DNA from: Candidatus Woesearchaeota archaeon
GTDB taxonomy: Archaea; Nanobdellota; Nanobdellia; Pacearchaeales; UBA284
NCBI GenBank assembly: GCA_964413705.1
Contig: CAYPSK010000002.1
Span: 1-55,770 of the forward strand
Direction of reading: 5' to 3'
DNA length: 55,770 bases
Translations under genes and position numbers: made by a program
Notes under the pieces: generated by a model
The model's database searches: none
What the model was told of the DNA's origin: nothing
The model's input: only the letters and a program-made list of their open reading frames with translations
Part shown: piece after piece, positions 45,934 to 53,393 of the stretch
How the letters are laid out: each line of letters starts with the position of its first letter
Numbering within the stretch: the stretch's first letter is position 1

Positions 45934-45989
45934 AAAAATTTCCCAAACTCTCAGGAAAAATGTGATGATTAAAATGGAAATGAAAGAAA

Positions 45990-46364
45990 ATGACAGACAA
46001 TCTAGAAACAACAACAAAGAAAGAAAGTAGAGATGTCAACCTAAATGTACTAGCAGGTTTACTCTGCTTATTTTCGTCTAGCTATTTTCTTGGTTTCGGA
46101 ATCAGCTATATTTCAGAGTATTATAATGGTATCGCTGCTATTAAAAGTGCAATTTATTCAAGAGCAACAGAAATAACACCAGAGATAATAAGCCAAGCAA
46201 CTGAAACTGCATACAAACTTACAACATCAAATCATAGTCTTTTTTATGGAGTTAGCTTAATTATGGGAGCTGGGTTGATTGCAGGTTTTGGTTTTTATAA
46301 TCTTAGTAGAGCAGCACTACATGATGTGCCATTGGAAAATAAAAAGAAGGAGGAAGCAAAATGA
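45990..46364 (+). CDS. Two-TM membrane protein (operon gene 3)
   Basis: 124 aa. Hydrophobic segments VLAGLLCLFSSSYFLGFGISYI and LFYGVSLIMGAGLIAGFGFY. Confidence 0.55.
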   Translation: MTDNLETTTKKESRDVNLNVLAGLLCLFSSSYFLGFGISYISEYYNGIAAIKSAIYSRATEITPEIISQATETAYKLTTSNHSLFYGVSLIMGAGLIAGFGFYNLSRAALHDVPLENKKKEEAK

Positions 46365-46954
46365 CTGAAGAACATAACCCAGAAAGAGATAAAGTAAAAA
46401 GAAGAAGTACAGTAGACAGAACAAAACATGCATATAACTTAATGGTGTGTGAGATTAGATGTCATAAAAGACTAGAACCATTATATGAAGATGAAAAATC
46501 ATATGTTACCCATAATGTTTTATTCAGGAGATTAAATAAAATAGATTCTCGTTTTCAATTTAGGGGAAGTAATGAATTATGGGCCAATGTAAATGTGGAT
46601 TGTTCACGTTTAGATTCTAAATATTCAAGTGCAGGAGTTGATTTTGATTATAAGTCAACACATCTTGAATATCTTTTTGAAAGAGATTATCCTGCATCCC
46701 TATCTTATGTACTTTCGAAATTAGGGATAAGTTTAGGAGTCCAAGGAAGAACTTTTTATTTTTATTCTCCAGATGATCACCCAACTGTTGGTGATGAAAT
46801 CAAAGACACTGTATCAGAATGTTACAATAATTTACTGAGAATAGAACAATTCTTGAAAAATGGAGCATATGAACTTTTAAAAAGAAAAAAGGAAGAAAAA
46901 TTACAAGAAATTGTAGAAGAGCTTCGTCCTCTTTTGCCGGAGGCAGGAAAATGA
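46361..46954 (+). CDS. Hypothetical soluble protein (operon gene 4)
   Basis: 197 aa. ATGA start/stop overlap with the previous gene. GGAGG 7 nt upstream. Confidence 0.55.
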   Translation: MTEEHNPERDKVKRRSTVDRTKHAYNLMVCEIRCHKRLEPLYEDEKSYVTHNVLFRRLNKIDSRFQFRGSNELWANVNVDCSRLDSKYSSAGVDFDYKSTHLEYLFERDYPASLSYVLSKLGISLGVQGRTFYFYSPDDHPTVGDEIKDTVSECYNNLLRIEQFLKNGAYELLKRKKEEKLQEIVEELRPLLPEAGK

Positions 46955-47364
46955 CAAAAGCAAAACAAAAGCCAGATGAATTGACCTTGGATGAATGCAT
47001 CAAACTAGCAAAAATGGTTCCAGCCGAGGCGTGGCAAAAAACATTTAGAAAAGAAGAATATCCTAGACCTAACTCGGAGGCTTATCTAGCAAGTTACGAA
47101 TCTTTTAGAATCAAAGTTTCAGGATATCCAAGTTATGGTGATTCTTATGTTGAAGTATACTCACAAGGTTCATGCATGACAGGGTGGTACAGTGAATCAA
47201 ACTCTAGACTAGAAAATAAACTAGATAAGTTAAATAGGTTTATTAAAGAAAAACATGAAAATTATCAATTCGCAAGAAGACATAATCAACTAAAAACAAT
47301 AGAAGGTCAGGAAAGAATTAGTGAGGTTGCAAGAGCAAGAGCTTTGTTAAGGAGGGGAAAATGA
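46951..47364 (+). CDS. Hypothetical soluble protein (operon gene 5)
   Basis: 137 aa. ATGA overlap. GGAGG 7 nt upstream. Confidence 0.55.
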   Translation: MTKAKQKPDELTLDECIKLAKMVPAEAWQKTFRKEEYPRPNSEAYLASYESFRIKVSGYPSYGDSYVEVYSQGSCMTGWYSESNSRLENKLDKLNRFIKEKHENYQFARRHNQLKTIEGQERISEVARARALLRRGK

Positions 47365-47618
47365 CAGAACGAATATATTTTGTAGATGATTGGGGAAGTA
47401 GGCTTTTGAAATATAACATAGCGGTTAATAAGTTCCATGCTACACTGGATTTTTTCAAAGAAGATTTTCCTATTGTGTCTAATTATTGCTTGGGACTTGC
47501 TTCAAGAGCAGTCAAAGAACCAACATTTACAGAAATATTACACAAACTCCATCAAAACGGATTTAATCGGGGGGATATGAAAGCTGTAAAAGGGTTGATT
47601 CAAATGAATTTTATGTAG
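47361..47618 (+). CDS. Hypothetical small protein (operon gene 6)
   Basis: 85 aa. ATGA overlap. GGAGG 5 nt upstream. Confidence 0.5.
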   Translation: MTERIYFVDDWGSRLLKYNIAVNKFHATLDFFKEDFPIVSNYCLGLASRAVKEPTFTEILHKLHQNGFNRGDMKAVKGLIQMNFM

Positions 47619-47798
47619 GTTATGTAGATATCAGAGAACCTGAACAAGATGACTTACAACACAAACGTGTTATGTCTGCTATTCCCTCAGTAGCCAGATT
47701 TAATCTTATATATACTATTATGAAAGCTCCCTTATTTCATGGAGATTTTATAAGTGCAGTTGGATTGGGATTGAAAGTATTTACTTAAGGAGTAAAAA

Positions 47799-48137
47799 AT
47801 GACAATAAAAAAACATCTGCCAAGCATTACAAGCACATTAGTTCTTGGTGGTTCAATATTATTTTGTTTTGCTGCGGGAATTGTTGAAACCATCCCTAAT
47901 TGGAGATTGATAAATTATTATAATCGAGCTTTGACATTTTATGCAGATACAAGTGGAAATGGAAGAATAGAGCCTGATGAGGAAACCAAATTCTTAGATG
48001 ATTTTGTTGCAGATGTAAGAAAACTTCCAGGTTATGAAGATTTTAGATTAAGGGCGGAAGACATTCCAAAATCTAGTGTAGATGCCAAAACAATCCTTCC
48101 CTTGATGCAAGAATATCGTCCTGTTCCAACCTTCTGA
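47799..48137 (+). CDS. Membrane-anchored protein with a canonical EF-hand Ca-binding loop (operon gene 7)
   Basis: 112 aa. N-terminal TM (LVLGGSILFCFAAGIV). The loop DTSGNGRIEPDE (nt 47946-47981) fits DxSxNGxIxxxE. GGAG 6 nt upstream. Confidence 0.55.
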   Translation: MTIKKHLPSITSTLVLGGSILFCFAAGIVETIPNWRLINYYNRALTFYADTSGNGRIEPDEETKFLDDFVADVRKLPGYEDFRLRAEDIPKSSVDAKTILPLMQEYRPVPTF

Positions 48138-48239
48138 GGTAAAGCATATATCTTTTAATTGAGCACAATCTTTTTAAACTACTCTTTCTAAAAAAGGATA
48201 GATTAAAAAAGTCAATAAAAAAGGGTAAGGAACAAGAAA

Positions 48240-48512
48240 ATGTCTGACGAAAAAATAAAAATAGCTATGATGTCTGCTGCATCAAAAGCACTAGCCTACA
48301 AGAAAATAAATGCCCGGGCAGATCAAGAAGAGATTCTGCAGTTTGTCATGAATGACATGAGGGTAAGAGGACAGGAGAAAATAGGCGCAATGGTAGCAGC
48401 AAGCAAGGCTCTGAAATATAAAGAAGAAGAAAGTGACCTAAATGACAAGAAGATTATGCAGAAAGTCATGGATGATGCTAATGATATCCTCATGACAATG
48501 AGTATAGAATAA
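48240..48512 (+). CDS. Small protein made of two ~33-aa tandem repeats (operon gene 8)
   Basis: 90 aa. IAMMSAASKALAYKKINARADQEEILQFVMNDM and IGAMVAASKALKYKEEESDLNDKKIMQKVMDDA are clearly homologous. Confidence 0.5.
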   Translation: MSDEKIKIAMMSAASKALAYKKINARADQEEILQFVMNDMRVRGQEKIGAMVAASKALKYKEEESDLNDKKIMQKVMDDANDILMTMSIE

Positions 48513-48579
48513 ATTCCTCCCTAAAGAATCTTCTTAAATATAGACTAAAATGTGTCTATCTATATCTAATTAACATAAA

Positions 48580-48605
48580 GCGCACTATTACTAGACTAGG
48601 CGCAT
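48580..48605. repeat. Paired GCGCAY element
   Basis: gcgcac-tattactagactag-gcgcat, hexamers exactly 20 bp apart, in the intergenic region. Confidence 0.5.
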
Positions 48606-48729
48606 GAATATGCTAAAGATTAATCTAGAATAACTTATACATCTTTTTTATATAACTCATATCTAAGCCCTATTTCCCTATTATACTGCAAATAGTTAGA
48701 TTTTTAAGCCCTACCTTATTATACTGAAA

Positions 48730-49323
48730 ATGCAATATTGCGAAAGATGTGGCGCAAGGCTTATAGGGGATAAATGCCACAAGTGTGGAAAGAGCTATGA
48801 AAAAGTCAAGAACTTAGACATAGTTAAGCATACTGTAAATAAACAGATGCAAAGGCACGGCATAAGGCTTCCAACCACACCAAGACTAGTGATAATCTTA
48901 GCAATACTAGCTATCGCTGTTCTCCTTTCTTATATTATATTCTCTAAAGAGAAAACCCCAGACACAAGTTCTGTTCTCTCAAGAATCCAGAGTCAAGTTA
49001 CACAATCAACTCAACCAACATCCTCAGCTCAGACCCAGGCAGAGAATACTCCAACAAGAGCCTCTCTAAGAGTTTTTCATCAAATGGTTAATCAATTTGG
49101 AGGAACTCTAGGTTGTTTTGGCAGGGTTGATGGCGGAGTCACAAATACAGGCTCAATAGATGCCCAGGGCGTTAGGGTGATTTGCACAGCAGAAGAAGTT
49201 TCCTCTCAAAAAGATCTTGGAATGATAAAAGCAGGAGATACTCAGGCTTTTCAAGTCATCTTGAATTATGACTGTGAGCACATGAGAACAGAGGATTGCA
49301 CAGTAACATGCTCAAACTGCTGA
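48730..49323 (+). CDS. Zn-ribbon / single-TM / Cys-containing extracytoplasmic domain protein
   Basis: 197 aa. YCERCGARLIGDKCHKCG at the N-terminus, TM LVIILAILAIAVLLSYIIF, Ser/Thr/Gln linker, C-terminal domain with 5 Cys. Confidence 0.55.
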   Translation: MQYCERCGARLIGDKCHKCGKSYEKVKNLDIVKHTVNKQMQRHGIRLPTTPRLVIILAILAIAVLLSYIIFSKEKTPDTSSVLSRIQSQVTQSTQPTSSAQTQAENTPTRASLRVFHQMVNQFGGTLGCFGRVDGGVTNTGSIDAQGVRVICTAEEVSSQKDLGMIKAGDTQAFQVILNYDCEHMRTEDCTVTCSNC

Positions 49324-49369
49324 GAAAGGAAAGTAATAATTTTAAGAGTTAAGTAGAAAAGATAATTAG

Positions 49370-49405
49370 TTCAGCCATGCCCAACGGCACAAAATTGTGG
49401 CTGAA
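49370..49405 (+). repeat. GCACAAAA two-level hairpin, copy E
   Basis: Outer stem TTCAGCCA/TGGCTGAA (8 bp), inner TGCC-CAAC-GGCA, then CAAAATTG. Shares the 15-mer GCACAAAATTGTGGC with copy D. Lies 47 nt after the stop of 48730..49323 and just upstream of the TATA-like TTTATTAATATATAA. Confidence 0.55.
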
Positions 49406-49436
49406 AAGTTTATTAATATATAACCCTTTATCTAAA

Positions 49437-49664
49437 ATGGAAGAAGAAAAACAAGAATACCAAAAAGAGAATAAGCAAGAAGAGAAGCCAAAAAAGAAAC
49501 TTGTGCTAGATGCTTCTTCTATTATCATGATTGTCTCTCTTATCTTGATTTTCTTGACAACCATTGCCAATAATGCCAAACTCTTATCAGCTTGGATTGC
49601 CTGGCCACTATTAGGCATTTTCTTGGCATGCATGATTTTGGCTATGTTCATAAAAAGAAAGTAG
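49437..49664 (+). CDS. Small membrane protein
   Basis: ATG at 49437 (MEEEKQEYQ...) is preferred, because the listed start at 49377 lies inside hairpin E. Two hydrophobic segments. Confidence 0.45.
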   Translation: MEEEKQEYQKENKQEEKPKKKLVLDASSIIMIVSLILIFLTTIANNAKLLSAWIAWPLLGIFLACMILAMFIKRK

Positions 49665-49751
49665 TTTATTTTTATGAATGCTGAAAATTCCTAATTTTCA
49701 AGCATTTTTGCCAAAGAGAAATAAATACAAGGTTGAGAAGAAGGAATAAAC

Positions 49752-49782
49752 ACAAGACTGCCTCAGCACAAATATGTCTTGT
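49752..49782 (+). repeat. GCACAAAA two-level hairpin, copy B
   Basis: Outer stem ACAAGAC/GTCTTGT, which differs from copy A by compensatory changes (G>A paired with C>T). The 19-mer AAGACTGCCTCAGCACAAA is identical to copy A. Lies between convergent genes. Confidence 0.55.
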
Positions 49783-49802
49783 TAAGAATAATCTTTTATA
49801 TT

Positions 49803-51596
49803 CTAGCTCTCCAGAACAGCTTTAATTCTTCTTACGCCCGCAGCAACAGCTTCTTCTTTAAGAATTCTAAAATGTCCGAGCTCTTTTAAGTCTTGGACAT
49901 GCGGGCCAGCGCAAATCTCACAGCTAAACTGATTCTTGCCTTTTTTATCACAGATACTATAAACTGAAACCTTATCTCCATATCTTTCTTTGAAAACAGC
50001 CTGAGCTCCCTTCTTCAGAGCCTCATCAACAGACATTTCTTCTCTCTTAACCTCTAATCCTTCCTGAATTTTTTTGTTGACAACATTTTCAATTTTTTTG
50101 AGTTCTTCATCTGTCAACTTTCTCTCAAAATTAAAATCAAACCTTAATCTTTCAGGGGTTATATTTGAACCTCGCTGTTGAATTTCCTCTTTCAAAACTT
50201 CTCTCAGTGCTTGATTTAGTAAGTGAGTTGCAGTATGTAATTTTGTAGTTGTTTCTGAATTATCTGCTAAACCAGATTTAAATTTTGTAATTATTGAGGC
50301 TCCCGATATTGTTTGGTGTTTTTTAAATTCATTTTCAAATCCTTCTTCATCAACCTTAATGCTCCTCTCAGTGCATAGGTCTTTAGTGATTTCAAAGGGA
50401 AATCCAAAACTCTGGTACAATAAAAAGGAGTCTTCTCCGCTTAATTTTCTTGTTTTTCTTTCTGAAATAATGTTTTCAAATTCTTTGATTCCTTTGTCAA
50501 GTGTTTCTTTGAATTTTATTTCCTCTTTCTCAATCTCTTCAAGAATAAAGTTCTCTGTATTCTTGAACTCTTTATAGTCACTATAATAATTGATAAATAT
50601 TTTCGCAAGCCTTTTGCAGAATTTTGCTTCAATTCCAAGTCTAAGTCCGAATCTTATTGCTCTTCTTATAAGCCTCCTTAAAACATAGCCCTGTTCAACA
50701 TTACTTGGAACAATACTCTCATTTAAGATGAAAACAGCAGCCCTGATATGGTCAACAATGATTCTCATCATCCTTGTATGGTCTTGATTAAATCCATAGT
50801 GCTTATCTGATATTTTTTCAAGTTCTTTTATTGCTGGCTGAAAAATCTCTGTCAGATAATTATCTTTTAATCCATTTAAAATAGTTAAGACTCTCTCAAC
50901 ACCCATGCCTGTATCAATGACCTTGCGATTAATATGCTCAAACTTCCCTTCTTTTGTTTTATTATACTGGACAAAAACATCATTCCATATCTCGCACCAT
51001 TCTTTTTCCTTAGATTCAGGATTGCTGTTGGGTTTTGGTTTTCCAATGCTAGCATAGACATACATTTCAGTATCTGGTCCACAAGGCCCTGTTTTTCCAG
51101 CAGGTCCCCACCAATTCTTCTCTTTTCCAAGAAAAACAATTTTTTTCTCATCTATTCCTAAATTTTTCCATATCTCTGCGCTCTCATCATCTCGCAGAGC
51201 ATCATCATCTCCTTTAAAGCATGAAATAGATAATTTTTCAAGGGGAATTTTTAAGACTTGGGTCAAGAAATCATAACTCATCTTAATTGCCTCTGCTTTC
51301 CAGTAATCTCCTAAAGCCCAATTGCCTAACATTTCAAAAAAAGTATGATGAAATGCATCTCCAACTTCTTCAATATCTCCTGTTCTTATGCATCTTTGAA
51401 CAGACACAAGTCTCTTTCCAAGAGGATGCTCTTGTCCAAGAATATAAGGAACAAGAGGATGCATGCCTGCTGTTGTAAAAAGACAAGTTGGGTCATTTTC
51501 AGGAATAAGACTTGCATTAGGCACTAGGGCATGTTTCTTCAACTTGAAGAAATTTACATATTGAGATATCAGCTCTTTTCTTGTTATTTTTGGCAT
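49803..51596 (-). CDS. alaS: Alanyl-tRNA synthetase, bacterial-type, short form lacking the C-Ala domain
   Basis: 597 aa. N-terminus F..KKHALVPNASLIPENDPTCLFTTAGMHPLVPY...VQRCIRTGDIEEVGD..HHTFFEMLGNWALGDYWK matches the bacterial AlaRS catalytic core. Editing-domain motifs HTATHLL and CAGPHV are present. The protein ends shortly after them. Confidence 0.85.
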   Translation of the reverse strand: MPKITRKELISQYVNFFKLKKHALVPNASLIPENDPTCLFTTAGMHPLVPYILGQEHPLGKRLVSVQRCIRTGDIEEVGDAFHHTFFEMLGNWALGDYWKAEAIKMSYDFLTQVLKIPLEKLSISCFKGDDDALRDDESAEIWKNLGIDEKKIVFLGKEKNWWGPAGKTGPCGPDTEMYVYASIGKPKPNSNPESKEKEWCEIWNDVFVQYNKTKEGKFEHINRKVIDTGMGVERVLTILNGLKDNYLTEIFQPAIKELEKISDKHYGFNQDHTRMMRIIVDHIRAAVFILNESIVPSNVEQGYVLRRLIRRAIRFGLRLGIEAKFCKRLAKIFINYYSDYKEFKNTENFILEEIEKEEIKFKETLDKGIKEFENIISERKTRKLSGEDSFLLYQSFGFPFEITKDLCTERSIKVDEEGFENEFKKHQTISGASIITKFKSGLADNSETTTKLHTATHLLNQALREVLKEEIQQRGSNITPERLRFDFNFERKLTDEELKKIENVVNKKIQEGLEVKREEMSVDEALKKGAQAVFKERYGDKVSVYSICDKKGKNQFSCEICAGPHVQDLKELGHFRILKEEAVAAGVRRIKAVLES

Positions 51597-51707
51597 GAAT
51601 ATCTAATTGAATCCTGTTTTTAAAAGTTTTTAAGTTGGATTTGGATTAGAAATATTTTTAAAGTACACAACAATTTATCTTATTAAGGTTTTAGATGATT
51701 TATAAAA

Positions 51708-52022
51708 ATGTCAACAGAATCAACAAAATACATAAAATTCTCTCTAGTGCATAAATGGAATGATATAATGGATGATTTAGCTGCCTTGCCAAGTAATCCG
51801 ATAGAATTATGTATTAATATTCCAGTTGGTTCAGATGCAAGGGCAATAAATCTTGGGGCAGCACTAGATAGAATAGGTATGACCTCCCCATGGTCTATAA
51901 CATACTGCTCTAGAATTAGAAGAGGCTCAGAAATCTTGCATAAAGTAGGAGTTAAAGAAGAACCTCTTCCTGGAATCTACAAAACACATGATTTGATAGT
52001 TCGAGTTCAAGACACTGGATAA
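51708..52022 (+). CDS. Hypothetical protein (orphan)
   Basis: 104-aa ORF in an otherwise empty gap. No motif recognised. Confidence 0.4.
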   Translation: MSTESTKYIKFSLVHKWNDIMDDLAALPSNPIELCINIPVGSDARAINLGAALDRIGMTSPWSITYCSRIRRGSEILHKVGVKEEPLPGIYKTHDLIVRVQDTG

Positions 52023-52040
52023 GATTGATTTTTTAGGTTT

Positions 52041-52691
52041 TCATTTCTTTTCAGCAATCGCAAAAAGCCCAGTATGTTCTTTGCTGTCTTCTATTTCTAG
52101 AACTTTAAAACCTGCTTTTTTCAATTCTTTTAGAAATTCCTCTTGAGTATAGAAATAATAATATCTTAAATTTCTTTTTTCATTATTTTTTCCAGTTCTC
52201 CAAGCTAAAAGTATTTCTTTTTTATTCTTGAATCTCTTGAAAGCAGGATGATTTGTGTTCCAAATAGTGATGATTACTTTTCCTTTATGTTTCAAGACCC
52301 TATAAAGCTCTTTCAGTGATTTTTCTCTTTTTTCCTTATCTAGGCAGTGCAAGGCAGCTATAAACAAGGCCCTGTCAAAAAAATTATCTTCAAAGCACCC
52401 TAAGTCAGAGGCATCTTTTTTGAAAGTTTTATAAATAATATTCAATCTTTTTGCTTTTTTCTCTGCAAGACTTAGCATGTTTTTTGAGAAATCAACAAGA
52501 TAAAACACAGCACTCTTATTTTCAACCAAGTTTCTTCCTGAACCACATCCAAGGTCAAGGATATTTCCCTTCGCTTTCTCAACAAACTCTGTAATTTTAG
52601 GTCCAGTCTTATTTCTTCGTTCATTCCAAGATTCAGCAATTTCATCCCATACTTGCTCTTGATTAGGAACTTCACTTTTCATTTTGTTCAT
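52041..52691 (-). CDS. Class I SAM-dependent methyltransferase
   Basis: ATG at 52691 (MNKMKSEV...) sits 1 nt after the stop of the upstream gene and is preferred over the listed start at 52778. Motif I ILDLGCGSGRN. Confidence 0.75.
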   Translation of the reverse strand: MNKMKSEVPNQEQVWDEIAESWNERRNKTGPKITEFVEKAKGNILDLGCGSGRNLVENKSAVFYLVDFSKNMLSLAEKKAKRLNIIYKTFKKDASDLGCFEDNFFDRALFIAALHCLDKEKREKSLKELYRVLKHKGKVIITIWNTNHPAFKRFKNKKEILLAWRTGKNNEKRNLRYYYFYTQEEFLKELKKAGFKVLEIEDSKEHTGLFAIAEKK

Positions 52692-52692
52692 T

Positions 52693-53292
52693 TTAATCAG
52701 CATCCTCGCGTTTTCCTTCTTTAAATGGAACAAGGTCATAGACATGAAAATTCTTTTTTTCATCAAAAAACCATTCAATCAGAACACTATCCATTTTGAC
52801 CTTTTTTATAATCTCCAGCAGCATCAAGAGCTCTTTCTGATTAAGAAGCTCCTTGTCTCCAATGAATTTCTCTAATAATGGCAGACCCCTGCCTCTTCTT
52901 ATGAATGTATAGTGCACATCAGGCACTGGTTTGTCAGGAAATAAACTGTCTCTTACTCCCTCAATAATAATCTTATCCTTACTGACCAGGGTATTTCCCA
53001 CTCTCTTAAATTTCCAAGCAGGGTATATAATAAAACTAGCTCTCTCACTTCGCACCCCTAGCCTCTCTTTAAATTCAGGAATCTTTTTCTTTATCTCCTC
53101 TTTGCTGATTTCTGGAGCAAATGGAAGTGAAAAACCCCTTCCATCGTCTACTGAGGTCCTTATGGTCCAGCCACAATAGGCCTCTCTCTCGCCAATCCAT
53201 TTTATTTCCTCAAAATTCTTAACAACTTCAAAATTAGGAACAGGCAGACCAAACTCCCTAGCCTTGATTAATCTTTCTGCTTTGCTCATCAT
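52693..53292 (-). CDS. Hypothetical protein (possible ATP-grasp-like fold)
   Basis: 199-aa ORF tightly coupled to the downstream methyltransferase. No firm motif. Confidence 0.5.
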   Translation of the reverse strand: MMSKAERLIKAREFGLPVPNFEVVKNFEEIKWIGEREAYCGWTIRTSVDDGRGFSLPFAPEISKEEIKKKIPEFKERLGVRSERASFIIYPAWKFKRVGNTLVSKDKIIIEGVRDSLFPDKPVPDVHYTFIRRGRGLPLLEKFIGDKELLNQKELLMLLEIIKKVKMDSVLIEWFFDEKKNFHVYDLVPFKEGKREDAD

Positions 53293-53393
53293 TTTTTCTA
53301 TTTTTACCTATGTTCTCTACATCAATTAAGTTTTTAAATATTCAAGTTATGAAGATTTAATCACGTCTAACAAAAACGCATAAAAACAAAGAA

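Noticed and set aside
40388-48512. Interpretation of the 40.5-48.5 kb block as an integrated virus or plasmid.
   Set aside because: I found no integrase, replication, capsid or packaging genes, no flanking direct repeats and no adjacent tRNA target. Small AbrB-like regulators and overlapping small ORFs alone are insufficient. I kept the block as operons of unknown function instead.
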